From: Adineta vaga
Lineage: Eukaryota > Animalia > Rotifera
Length of the DNA: 64,000 nt
Reading direction: 5' to 3'
Assembly: GCA_021613535.1 (NCBI GenBank)
Contig: CP075494.1
Coordinates: 15,190,001 to 15,254,000 of the forward strand
Shown here: piece by piece, positions 1 through 13,036 of the stretch
How the letters are laid out: every line of letters begins with the position of its first letter
How positions within the stretch are numbered: position 1 is the stretch's first letter
Program-made: the position numbers and the translations under genes
Notes under the pieces: generated by a model
What the model was told of the DNA's origin: nothing
Seen by the model: only the letters and a program-made list of their open reading frames with translations
Databases searched by the model: none

Positions 1-43
1 GTTAATCTTTTCATTTGAAAATCTAATTTTCATTCATCTTTAG

Positions 44-1520
44 TTGGGTATCTGGAATAACCGATATTCAATGTTCATTTGTTTGGGCAGCATGCCTTCG
101 TTTTTGTATGAATTCATCATTGAACCAACGTCTTAGATCTGAAAACGAACCATTTTTACTGGCATGTTATCTCTCAACGTCGCATGGACAATGTGAATTT
201 TATGAAGTTAAACCGATGACAATGGATTCGAATACAATTGAATATGATCGATGGGCATGTTCTAAACAAATTAATATACCGAATTTACCTGCGCATGAGT
301 TGGATACAAGTTGTAGTACACAATTTCCATACGATTTTGAATTTCGACGTATTTGTGATAATTCAAACTTTCGTGCATCCCCAATGAAAAATGCTTCGGC
401 AATTCCTTTGGATCATTATCAAGCAATATTTACGTCTCCGAATACAAATGGAAGTCTATTTGGTTTTCCTCGTTTACCACCACGGCAAAGTGCACATGAG
501 CAGCCTTCATGGGAAGTCATAACCACTGCACCAATGCTGACTCCTAAACGTCAATCTCGACCGTCGTCATCATCTTCTTCTTCGGTGAAATCAAAAGAAT
601 TTTTATCTCCAACATCATCAATAGATGTTTCTGACAATCGATGGAAAGAAGAATTAATTGAACGAATGCAATCGTATGAAACACATTTCTTATCATTAAC
701 AAAACTTGTTCATCAACTTTTAAATGCGCAAAATCAACAAAATCTATTAACAACAACACCAAAGAAAGAATGTTCTAAACGAGATGTGGCTGTTCAAAGT
801 GAACCATCATCACCTTATTTCGATGAATCCTTTGATAAAACAAAACATCATATTATACGATCACCAAACACTGGTCATTATCAACAACCAGCCCATCAAG
901 TGAGATTACTTCAGTAGTAAAAAGGTTAACTGTTTTTTTGTACATTTAGTTAACTTCCAACCAATTTCAATCACCTTCATCTCAAACAACAACTGATCAA
1001 TCCAGTTTCTCCCGATCTTAAATCGATCGATATTCTCAAACCTATATTTCAATACATCGACAATCAACAACAAAGACAACAAAAAACAGTACATAATTCA
1101 ACTGATACTCTATCACCAAAATCAAATGAGGAAGAAGTTCTCATCACTTCCGATTCAAGTAATCCTATCTCAAAACATGTGACATCAACAAGAATGACAG
1201 GAATTAGTTTTACAGCAAATGGTGTTCAAATGCAATTTATCAATCAACAAAGTAGTACATCAACTGTTTATCCACCAGCTCAACTTCTTCTCACTTCGCC
1301 TCAAAAATCTGAAAATAATCTTTCGATTGAAGTTCATGCTTTAGAAATGAAATATCTCGAAGATGATCAATTAGCAGCAGCTATTGAATGTGATCGTTCA
1401 TCGGCAACGACTTCAACTACAGTACCATCATCATCTCCTCAAATTACGAATAAAAGTTTGTCATTTGAAACTCAAGAATATCTGCAAAGATATGGTCTCT
1501 TCTCGGATGAGAATAAATAA
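44..1520 (+). CDS. STIL: SCL-interrupting locus protein (STIL/Ana2/SAS-5 family centriole factor), 3' part; 5' exons lie outside the window
   Basis: The exon after the AG at 42-43 reads WVSGITDIQCSFVWAACLRFCMNSSLNQRLRSENEPFLLACY..EFYE, matching the STIL N-terminal domain (human [31 protein letters not shown]). A central coiled coil follows. The C-terminus has STAN-like NLSIEVHALEMKYLEDDQL and terminal LSFETQEYLQRYGL. Intron ~900-949. Confidence 0.85.
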
Positions 1521-1711
1521 TATCATTATCAGATAAGAATGACACCGTCCACCGAATTGTTTTTCATTTGTGATATGACATTTTTTTCTATATTCTTTTT
1601 TATGCCTTGATTATTGTTCAGGTATTTTGCATTTTGTATACATATATATATATTCAAAACAATAAAACTGAAATGTAATCAAAGAAAATGATCAATAGAT
1701 CTAGTTTTGTT

Positions 1712-2263
1712 TTATGACAATGAACGAATCATTCGAATAGCATGTGGAGGACGTTTCGATGTATGAATATAATAATTTGATAAGATCCGTTGTTTTCGAA
1801 ATCCAACTTTTTCATATAAACCAATAGCTTTATAATTCTCAATATGAACATCTAAATAAATATATCGATAACCAGTTTGTTGTGCCCATTGAATCACTGT
1901 TTGTAATAAACGAGTACCTATTCCATGACTTTGATTTGTCTGTTGAACACCAAATAACATAACATAAATACCTTGATTAGTATCATCGGCATTATTAAGT
2001 AAGGCACAAGCAATACAACGATTGTTTCCCGTCTCATATGCACAGAAGACATGATGAATTGAATGAATCATTTGAAGAAATTCATCAAATGGATAATATG
2101 ATCCAAATAATGGATGGAGAACCTCAAGAAGATCATCTAATGGGAATTGAAGATTGTAATAGATATTAATTGAAGAAGAAGAAGAAGAAGAAGAAGACCA
2201 TGGAAGGAATTTTTTGTGACTTTTTTTCTTTCGACGACTTTCTCTTCGTAATAGCCAATTCAT
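1712..2263 (-). CDS. GNAT-family N-acetyltransferase (RimI-like), intronless
   Basis: Acetyl-CoA motif A V-x4-Q-SHGIGTRLL and motif B LDVHIENYKAIGLYEKVGF. N-terminal basic tract RRESRRKKK and poly-Ser. Confidence 0.8.
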   Translation of the reverse strand: MNWLLRRESRRKKKSHKKFLPWSSSSSSSSSINIYYNLQFPLDDLLEVLHPLFGSYYPFDEFLQMIHSIHHVFCAYETGNNRCIACALLNNADDTNQGIYVMLFGVQQTNQSHGIGTRLLQTVIQWAQQTGYRYIYLDVHIENYKAIGLYEKVGFRKQRILSNYYIHTSKRPPHAIRMIRSLS

Positions 2264-3191
2264 TGTTTTAATGAAGAATACGTTTGTATGGATGGTTATG
2301 AAGGTTGAAAATATTCATCATATTTCTATACATATGATATATGTAGAGGTGAAATAAGAAGAAATTGATACGGTTGATCGAGTACATTCATATATGTACA
2401 TACTTCCTATTTCAATATCACTAGTAACGATAAATACCGGGTGAATACGACTATCTTCAGGGGATAGTACGGATGAACTATCCGCTATTAATTCATTTTT
2501 ATCTGATGATGATGATCAGGATTAAAAAAACAAGACCCTGCGGTTGTACGCGTTTCTTACGCTAAAATATAATTATGATGAACATTTTTTATTTTTGAAT
2601 ATTCATCCGTGTGTTGTTACTGCTGAGAAGAATACAACCTGAAGGAAATATTGTCTTTTACTTTCGAGAGTGTTTAATGTGCCACTTTCAAATCTAAGTC
2701 GATCTTAGATCGTAGTTATATTATGGATAGTAATATTCTATTTCATACAAAGTACGAGACTTCAAAGATTTTGACATCATTTGTTAAATATTATGCACAC
2801 ACCATTATGTTCTCTCTTACATTAATTAATTCAAACAGCTATTGTAAAAATATTCTCCATTACATTTATCAAAAAAGTTCTCACCTATCTCAATTACGAA
2901 TTTCTCGGTTCTCTCCTCACTCGCTCTCTAACTTTAGACTATTCATCATTTAGTGACATCTATAATTACAAATTCTATACTATTGGTTCTTACAAATGAT
3001 CCACGTCAACGACAACACTATTCATATCATCAATTCTTGTTTTTTTCATACTGAAACAATAATACACCCCTCTTTTTTTTGCTAATTCCATCGAATTCAT
3101 TTCATAGAAATAGGTTGATGGTAGTTTTCATGCGATAATCTATCAAATTCGTACCTCTCTTTTAGATCTAAGGAGAAAAGAAAAACTAAAG

Positions 3192-6100
3192 ATGACTGTT
3201 GCTGAACAACCATGTTATACTTTAATCAATACCAGTCAAGATCTGGAACCACCAACTGAAATGCAATTACGTGAAGATCTTGAAAAAGGAAATGATAAGG
3301 TTTGTCTTTCTTTATTCGATACATTCGGTTTTGATCTTTTATTCTAAATGGATTCTTCTAGGCAAAAGCTGAAGCATTAAAAAAACTAATCGTTATGATG
3401 TTGAATGGAGAAAAATTTCCATCGTTATTAATGATTATTATTCGTTATGTAATGCCATCGCAAGATCATACAATAAAAAAACTGTTACTTGTATTTTGGG
3501 AAATTGTACCAAAACATACAGGAGATGGAAAACTTTTACAAGAAATGATTCTTGTTTGTGATGCTTATCGGTAATATTCTATTCTTAACGAATTCCTAAT
3601 GTTGGTTGTTCTATTTTAGAAAAGATCTTCAACATCCAAATGAATTTATTCGTGGTTCAACACTTCGTTTCTTATGTAAACTTAAAGAACCTGAATTACT
3701 TGAACCATTAATGCCATCGATTCGTGCTTGTCTGGAATATCGTCATGCATATGTTCGTCGTAATGCCGTTTTAGCTATATTTACAATTTATAAAAATTTC
3801 GATTTTCTTATTCCTGATGCACCGGAATTAATCGGTAAATTTCTCGATGTTGAACAAGATATGTCATGTCGTCGAAATGCTTTCATGATGTTGATTCATG
3901 TTGATCAAGAACGTGCATTAAATTATCTATCGAATGTTATTGATCAAGTGAATTCATTTGGTGATATTTTACAATTAGTTATTGTTGAACTTATTTATAA
4001 AGTTTGTCATAGTAATCCAAATGAACGTGCACGATTTATTCGATGTATTTATAATTTATTGAATTCATCATCACAAGCTGTACGTTATGAAGCAGCCGGA
4101 ACATTAATTACTTTATCAAGTGCACCAACAGCTGTTCGAGCAGCTAGTGCTTGTTATATCGATTTAATTATTAAAGAAAGTGATAATAATGTGAAATTAA
4201 TTGTTCTTGATCGTTTAATTGCTTTGAAAGATATCGCAGCACATGAACGTATTTTACAAGAATTGGTTATGGATATTCTTCGTGTATTAGCATCACCTGA
4301 TATTGAAGTTCGAAAGAAAACACTTCAATTAAGTTACGATTTAGTAACATCGAAAACAATCAATGAAATGGTTTTAGTTTTGAAAAAAGAAGTTTCAAAA
4401 ACACATAATGCCCAAGAAACAGAAGATGTCGAAAAATATAAACAATTATTAGTTCGAACATTACATCAATGTACAATGAAATTTCCAGATGTTGCAAATA
4501 CAATCATTCCAGTTCTTACTGAATTTCTTGCTGATAAGAATGAATTAGCTGCACTTGATGTTCTCGTTTTTATTCGTGATGTTATGCAAAAATTTTCCAA
4601 TCTAAAAGATCTTATTGTTCAACGTTTACTGGATATTTGTGGACAAATTAAATCTGTTAAAGTTCTTCGAGCAACATTATGGTTATTAGGTGAATATTGT
4701 TCAACAGCTGAAGATATTCAAAACGTAATGACATTTATTCGTCAATCTCTTGGTGATTTACCAATTGTTGATGATGAAATTCGTCGTTCAACAGGTGAAA
4801 CTAAAGATGATCAAGATACATCAATGTCTGCGCCAGTTCAACGTTTAGTTACAGCTGATGGTACATATGCAACACAAAGTGCATTTATCTCTACAACATC
4901 TGGAGAGAAGAAAACTGTTAATGGTGGTCTATCAAATGATCGTAATCGTCAACCATCTCTAAGAACATTTTTATTAGATGGTGATTTCTTTATTGGTGCA
5001 GCATTAGCAACATCATTATGTAAATTAGTTATACGTTATATTGCATTAGAATCTGATTCAACAAAACAAAATCGTTTCTGTGCTGAAGCAATGTTTATTA
5101 TTGCTAGTATATTACATTTAGGACGAACAAGTTTACCAACAAAACCTATGAATGAAGATGATCACGATCGTATGTTAATGTGTATTAGATTATTAAATGA
5201 ACGATTACCAGTTACATTTCAAATTTTTGGAGAAGAATGTCGTGCAGCATTAGCAGATATGTTAACAATTAAAGCACAAGAACAAAAGGAAATGGAAAAG
5301 AAATTATCAAAAGGAAAAGTAAGTTTCTTTTTCTCTCTTGATGAATAATGAATTTAAAAAATGCGTTTTTTGAAGACAACAGCTGTTGAACCTGATGATC
5401 CAATTCGTTTTACACAATTATTAGCAGCAAATGAATTCGATGAGAAAGAAGATATTTTAGATTTAACACTTAAACAAGCTATTGGAACAATTGGAAAGAA
5501 AGATGAAGATATATTTAGTTCATCAAAACTTAGTAAAGTTACACAATTAACAGGTTTTAGTGATCCAGTTTATGCTGAAGCTTATGTTAATGTTAATCAA
5601 TATGATATTGTTCTTGATGTACTTATTGGTAAGTCTTATTCAAAAACTCTTAATAAAAAATGAATTGAATCTTGTTTCTTTGTTTGTGTTTAGTTAATCA
5701 AACTTCGGATACATTACAAAATCTCACTCTTGAATTAGCTACTCTTGGTGATTTGAAATTAGTTGAAAAACCTCAATCGATAACAATGGCACCACATGAT
5801 TTTACGAATATCAAAGCAAATATTAAAGTAACATCAACAGAAAATGGTATTATCTTTGGTAATATTGTTTATGATGTAAGTAGTTCACAATCGGATCGTA
5901 ATTGTGTTGTTTTAAATGATATTCATATTGATATTATGGATTATATTGTTGCTGCATCATGTACAGATAATGAATTTCGTCAAATGTGGATTGAATTTGA
6001 ATGGGAAAATAAGATTGTTGTTAATACAACATTACGTGATCTTCATCTTTATTTAAATTATCTATTGAAATCAACAAATATGCGTTGTTTAACACCAGAA

Positions 6101-6404
6101 AAAGCTCTATTAGGTGATTGTGGTTTTATGGCAGCGAATCTCTATGCCAAATCTATCTTTGGTGAAGATGTTTTAGCGAATGTAAGCATTGAAAAATCAG
6201 CTATACATGCTGATGCACCTGTGACAGGACATATTCGTATTCGAGCAAAAAGTCAAGGCATGGCTTTGTCAATGTAAGTTTTTGAAAGAAAAGATTTCAA
6301 TTTCAATGTAAATTCTTTTGTTTTTCTTCTTTTATAGGGGTGATAAGATCAATATGACACAAAAGACAGGTTTTAAAGGCATTTCAACAGTGCAACAAAA
6401 ATAA
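3192..6404 (+). CDS. COPB1: Coatomer subunit beta (beta-COP), 6 exons
   Basis: Starts [13 protein letters not shown]. Contains [58 protein letters not shown] and [20 protein letters not shown]. Exons are joined by canonical short introns. Confidence 0.97.
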
Positions 6405-6648
6405 AACATCGATGGTTTTCTTTTTCGAAATTTTTAGTTGGGATTTGTCTTGTTCTCAGTCTTCTTCTTTTTTTTAAATGCATATTTATCAAATGTTAAT
6501 TCATGTTAGGTTTTTACAAAAAATAAAACATTCAAACATTGTTGTCATCTATATTCCGTAAGAAACAGAAGGCATGTGCTATTAAATTGATTGATTATGA
6601 TGGGTCTAGATCTGAATGCGATTAGCTTGTTTTCATCCTGTATCAGAT

Positions 6649-7010
6649 CAGCGACGAACCCAGGATTTTTGGACCAATAGGCAAACTTCTATTGCGTAAG
6701 AAAAAGACGATGGGCCGAAAATTTTTTTCTTATCAATATTCGGAAAACGCTCAATGAACACAATTGTAGTGAAACGAGATAAAGTTCTTCTAAGAAAAAA
6801 CTGTACTACACAGAAATGTCAGGCTGAAGTCGAAGGGTTTTTGACATATTTTTTATGTTTTATAACATTTATACTTCAAATCAAATATCAAAATCAAGAC
6901 GAAAGAAATGTAGCTGCTATCATCTAACTGATAAACCAATACATCAATTTCAACAAGTAAAATTTGAATGGGCAGTTGCCCATTTGCCTCCCCCCCTGGT
7001 TGCGCCACTG
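6649..7010. mobile_element. Non-autonomous hAT-like DNA transposon (MITE), 362 bp
   Basis: 8-bp target-site duplication TATCAGAT at 6641-6648 and 7011-7018. Imperfect TIRs CAGCGACGAACCCAGG / CCTGGTTGCGCCACTG (12/16 match). Subterminal GGGCAGTTGCCC palindrome. Confidence 0.75.
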
Positions 7011-7694
7011 TATCAGATATCTATATTATGTCATTTCAATTGAAATACACAAACGATTTTATTATTAATCATTTTTCTCTTCTTTTTCTTTTTCTTAATG
7101 AAATTCTACACAAATAATATTAGTAATTCTAGAAAAGAAAAAATATATTATTAAAATTTAAATCACAATTCACAGATTTCTTTTTCTTTCACTCTCAACA
7201 TTCATTTATCATTTTAAGAGTATAATGTTCATTAAAAAGAAAATTTTTCTTTTAAATATCACTTCATTCATCTCTCATGACATTTTAGTGAAGAAGAAGA
7301 AAAAATATCAAAGTTTTTATTTATTTTAACATAACAATTGTGAGAAACCGTTTTTGTACTTCTTCCTCCTCTCTTCAGTCGGTAACAATGGGAAGCAGAG
7401 AAATAAAAATCGATGTGTAATGAAAAGGAAAAACAAAAAGGAAAACTCATTTATTCCATATTCCATCATATTCTTGGACTCAAGTGTGAAAGAGAAATGA
7501 GAAAGAAAGAAAGAAAGAGAATAAAAAGAAAATATATCGAGACAATTTGTCTGCTACTTTAATATTCATTTTCATTCGGTCTTGGAACGTGCATACACAC
7601 ATACACGGTATCGACAAGGGACATCGAACAGCTACGAACGATTCAGTTAACTCATTCTTTTTCTCTTCTTGGTTTATTGAAGAATTTTAATCAA

Positions 7695-9281
7695 ATGTCC
7701 TTTCTGGTAAATGATTATCTTTAGTATATTCTTTCAAATTTATAAGTTTCTTTTTTTTAGTCATTTATTATTACTGTAAATGTTTTATTCAATTTATTGA
7801 ATACGGGTGAAAGTATTGTTTGTCCATCAATGTATAATCAAATCTTAAATGGATGTTATAAGATTAATAATGGAACAAAAATGACATGGTCTGATGCACA
7901 ACAATACTGTGCTAATGAATCCAATTCTATCGTAACTAATAAAACAGGTTATACTACTCATCTTTTGGCATTCGAATCAGCAGTTGAACCAACTTCAATT
8001 ATTTATTGGATGAAAGGTTAGGAAATAAATAATGAAATCTTTGTTTAATTCTGTAAAAATTTTTTTTTTCTTTCTTTCGATAATCTTAGCTTGGGGTATT
8101 GAGGGTCAATTTTGGATTGATGGCATGGCTTCATCAGGATCGTGGAATTGGTCAAATCAAGCGATAATATGGTATTTTAATGCAAGTGATCAATTGATTG
8201 TTGGAAATGGATCGAACTATCGAATTGTTTATAGTTCAAGTGCAAATACGTATCAAGTGGTTGATGATGTTAACAGTAAATTATCAAATTTCATATGTGA
8301 ATATCAAGGTTAGAATGATAATTTGTCAATTTTCTTTCGATTTATAATCTTACTTTTGATAGATCGTTGTTCATCGAATAATTCTTGTCAAAATAATGCA
8401 ACATGCTATTTAAATGTTGGACGAGAACTTTGTGTTTGTCCACCGGGATATACAGGAACTCTTTGTAATCTTGAAATTGATGAATGTTTATCATCACCAT
8501 GTAAACATGGTGGCACTTGCAGAGATGCTTTCAATAATTATACATGTGATTGTTCAAATGTCTTTTTTTATGGGCCTAATTGTGAAACACGTAAGTTAAT
8601 ATTGAATTCATCAATCATGTTTTGTTTTTGTTCCTCTGTTATTTAGCAAAAGACGATCCAACGGAAGGTCAACGTTCCGCTGCATTTTGGTCAGTTTTTG
8701 GTGTTGTCTGTGGTTTAGTCGTTTTGTTAACCTTATCCGATTTACCATGGGATGAAATGCTTTCAACAATTGGTTGTCCATGGTATCGTTTTAAATGTTG
8801 TTCAAACGATGATGATGACGATGATGATCTCGATATGAATAATTCGAATGCACCATCGAAAGAAAATAATCCTGCTTTACAACAAATATCAGTACCCGGT
8901 AAAACAGGTAAAGGTGTAAATTATCATGTTATGAATACAGTTTGGAATCCTGATCAATTACAAAGTGAAACACCAGCACATGCACAATACAATGGATATA
9001 TTACGCCTAATCAACAAACAACGCCAAATAATGCACTTATTCAATCATTTGCAGCTGTTGTTTTAGCAAAACAAAAAGAAAAAGCAATAGAAGATAAACG
9101 TGTTTATGCTGTGGATATTCTTCCACAAAATGATACGCCGGTGAAACCGAAACGTCAAGTTGATACAATGATGACTTGGACACAACAATTACAAGAACAA
9201 TTAAAAAATAAACAAATACGTCCTACAAGTACAGATTCAAACAAAGAATTAGTTCATTCCGAAGTTAAAAATGAAAATTAG
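7695..9281 (+). CDS. Single-pass membrane protein with a C-type lectin domain and two EGF domains
   Basis: Signal peptide across exons 1-2. CTLD motifs CYK..TWSDAQQYC, FWIDG, FICE. EGF motifs CQNNATC..CVCPPGYTG and EIDECLSSPCKHGGTC. TM helix FWSVFGVVCGLVVLLTL, then an acidic and disordered tail. Confidence 0.8.
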
Positions 9282-9494
9282 AAAAAAAACAAATAAAATT
9301 CTTTTTCCAAAGACATACTCTTCTCTTTATATATATATATATTCTTTATTTATACAGCAAAATATTCATAATTTATTTTTCTAATAAAATTATTTATTCT
9401 GCTTTGGTTCACAACTTAACTTCATTCATTTATTTTTCTAACGTTTTCTCTCACAACACGCAATCATTTAAAACGTCTATATATAATTTTCCTT

Positions 9495-10367
9495 TCAATA
9501 AATGTCGACTTCAACTGGATAATGATCACTTATTTGTAATGCTGATTCTTTCGTTAATTTGAATTTCTTATCAAATGCAAATGTTCCATTTGATTTTCCT
9601 TTCCAATTCACCTTTTTCCATCCACCTGTACCCGATGAAACCAAGATTCGATCATATGAACATGATTGAACTAAATTTGTTTCTGTTCGATCATCAATCA
9701 ACCATTGAAATTCATTGAAATAAGATCGACGAAGTTCTTTCTTTTTTGCATTATTCAAATACGAACAATCAGCATTGAAATCACCAAATAAAACAATCGA
9801 CGATGTTGTTTTCAGTTCATCAATAACTGTACGTAATGCACAAAATTCTTTATAGACATTTTCTGGTTTCAAATGAACGCCGATGAATATCATCTCACCA
9901 AACGATGCTAATTTCAAATGAAGAATGAATGGTGCACGTTCGAATACGTTACGAACTGATCCATTGTAGACATAAGATGAAAGAATTTTGATACGCGATG
10001 ACTTGAGTCGATATAAATAAACTAATCGTTCTTTGTAAGATGTCGAACCTAATGGTGGAGAAATGATTGCTTCATATTTGACTGTTTTAGATTGTTTATG
10101 AAGATGTTTGAGAAGAAGATTGACTACACGATTGTCATTCGATGCGTCGATGATTTCTTGGAGAAAAACGAGATCGTATCGTTTGAGAATTTTTGAAATA
10201 TCTGAATTGACAAAGTTCGTTGAAGAAGCTTTCGAAAACGAATAACGACGTAAATTAAACGATCCAATTTTAATTGCTGATGTTCGAGATTTGAATAGGA
10301 AACAGTTCGTTTCACAAATCAAAAAACTGAATAGTAATAATGCTGCTAAACGAACAATCGAAGACAT
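9495..10367 (-). CDS. Secreted deoxyribonuclease I-family (EEP) nuclease, intronless
   Basis: Signal peptide, then KIGSFNL, YDLVFLQEI, YKERLVYLYR, FERAPF, GVHLKP, GDFNADCSY, CSYDRI and ISDHYPVEV. All DNase I catalytic residues are present. Confidence 0.93.
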   Translation of the reverse strand: MSSIVRLAALLLFSFLICETNCFLFKSRTSAIKIGSFNLRRYSFSKASSTNFVNSDISKILKRYDLVFLQEIIDASNDNRVVNLLLKHLHKQSKTVKYEAIISPPLGSTSYKERLVYLYRLKSSRIKILSSYVYNGSVRNVFERAPFILHLKLASFGEMIFIGVHLKPENVYKEFCALRTVIDELKTTSSIVLFGDFNADCSYLNNAKKKELRRSYFNEFQWLIDDRTETNLVQSCSYDRILVSSGTGGWKKVNWKGKSNGTFAFDKKFKLTKESALQISDHYPVEVDIY

Positions 10368-10725
10368 TGTAATGAAAAGAAGAAAAAAAAATGAAACTTA
10401 GTCATTATTTCTACGAAGAATTACTTCTTTCTTTTGTTTAAATGATAGATTAGATCAAATTTCCTATGTAAATGAAATGAGAGCCAAGTTATCATTATCA
10501 GAAATAAAACAAATGAATTCATATATTCAACGTTGTGTTTACTTGAAAGAATGTTAAATATTTGTATTCTTTATCCTATATTAATTCAAATAACATTGAG
10601 AAAAAACAAGAACACATAAAATAGATGATATGAATAGAATGACAAAAACAAAATCTACAGATATTTATATATATATATATGCACTGTTCAATGAAAATAA
10701 ACACCGGAAGTGAAATATGAGATGT

Positions 10726-12473
10726 TTAACTATGAGAAGAATGTTGACAATCTAGTGTTAATTGATCGAGAGATTCGACCATTTCATTTTGTCTATGTTC
10801 AGTAGTGTTTATGGAAGGAATTTGTTCGAAATATGAATAACGTTCATATGAAGCATTTAATAATTCATTCACATCGGTTATCGATTGAGTGAAATTTTTT
10901 GTTAAATCTCGAATATTTTCATCAATTTTACCACAAGAATGTTGAATTTCATTAAAATTTTGAGAGATTTTTCTGATTTGATCATTCGTAGAATCATAGT
11001 CATTTGGATAATCGAATAAAGAAACAAATTTTGATGGTAAAACGGCTTCACCACGCATATATAATTCAAAATCATTCGATGATAAACCAAGATGATCCGC
11101 TTCTAATTGTTCGATGAAACGAACAGCTGAATCCTAAAAGAAACGAAATATATACTAATGACGTATCTTTCTCAACATACGAGATTCGCTAAATAATAAA
11201 GTTGTTCACCACTTGGTTGAGAAAATTCACTTAAAAATCGTATATTTGAATGTAATCTTGGTGGTTTTGCTTTTAAAACAACATAGATCAATGCAGGAAG
11301 AAAACAATCTGCATTAATTGTTCTCTCACTACTTGTTCGTAACGCTTCTTCAATAAATAATTTACATTCCATAATCGAATGAATTTTTCCTTGTGGTGTT
11401 GATTTTGAATCGAGTTCAATCAAAGCTAAGAAATTACAATACAAAATAGAAGGTAAATTATTAATTCTATGTTACCATTGATTGCTTTGTAGATTGTTTC
11501 TCGAACATTGATGATATTTTCATTAAGAACAGCATCTAACATAGCTGGTGTAATCCAATGTAAAGATGATATTCTATTTTGTATTGATAAATCTTGTTCT
11601 TCATATTCAAGTGCAATTCGATTAAATACAAAGGCATAATTTTTTGAAAATATAATTTTTTCTATATAATCTCGAACACCATAAATCAGATCTTCATTCT
11701 CATCTATAAAAGCGAACATTCTTCTTTTTTTTCTACATAGATTTACTTTCAAGAATCGTTTACCTCGATATAATGAATTGGTTTGTATTCGTTGTTTAAT
11801 CATATCTTTAAATGTTCCATAATCTTGAATTAAAACATCAATACCGATAGTTTTATTCGAACATTTCTTATGAAAACTATTGGCAAATGTTTTCACTTGA
11901 GATTTAATATCAACTCGTGCATCTTCTGTTATCATTGAATCTAAATGTTTACTTGCCGCTTCATTTTCTAATGCTTGTTCGTCATTTAATAACGCGGAAA
12001 TGACTGAACTACTTGATGCTACAAAAAGACACACGAAGAGGTTTTTTTTCAGAAAAAAATCAAAGACATACAACGTAAAGTACCAGCGCGATGGACCATT
12101 TGTCGAATAGGATTACGCATACTAATATTTGATCGACGTTTTTCATTCGAATTAGATATTGTCGGAGATGATGGTGGAGTTGATGCACTGAAAAATAGAA
12201 TATAATTGATTCTAATGTTGTTGTCATCATGTAATTCTTCTATTATTGAACATATTATTAATAAACCATTTATCATGTGAGAAATATTGTTAAAGCTCAT
12301 AAATCTTCTTACTTTATTTTTCCATCATAAACTTCTTGTATTTGTTTGGCTTGTTGATAAACTTCTCGATAACATTTACTACAAAATCCATCCCAGATTT
12401 TATTTCCATAAAAACCACAAGCATTTCGACAAAGTTCACCATCTGATCGAGTGTTTACTACTGTTGTTGTCAT
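10726..12473 (-). CDS. RABGEF1: Rab5 GDP/GTP exchange factor (Rabex-5): A20 zinc finger plus VPS9 domain
   Basis: ATG at 12473 gives [37 protein letters not shown] (A20 ZnF). VPS9 core reads [37 protein letters not shown]. Confidence 0.9.
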
Positions 12474-13036
12474 TGGTGATTTTTTGAGCAGAATATATAT
12501 CTAAAAAAAAAGAAGGGAAGATCAACAATAAAATTGTCTCGATATGTAATGTTTTAAATGTGTCCTTTAAAGAGAAACACAATATTGAACAATACAAAAA
12601 AAATGTTATACAATTCATGTAAAATACAATTGAAAATGAACGATTCAATGCTGATTGATCATTTTTTTAGGATGCATATCTTTTCTCAAGGATATAACAT
12701 TGAGAACAACATCAACCGAGGCTTGAATTCATTACATAAATTAACTCCACGCCAGAAATCGATTGAATTGAATTAGATGAATGCTGATTCATCATTTATG
12801 CTGGTAATTTCAGTTCGAAGCTGTTTGATGAAAAAAAACTTTGTTTGTTTTTTCATCGTATTCGTAGTACTACTCATCATATGTTGAGCATTGAATGACA
12901 GTAACGAATCAAAATGAACGCATTACAGATGGCGTATGTAAATCGACAGATGAACAAATCCGTAGTTACTTTACAATGATATTTTACTCTCAATTATTCA
13001 AGAAAATTCACAACAAAGATACAAATGCTCTTTTTA

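Noticed and set aside
12808-12885. ATGATGA...CTGA pair on the minus strand upstream of RABGEF1 as a C/D snoRNA
   Set aside because: No terminal stem and a low-complexity A/T interior; expected by chance.
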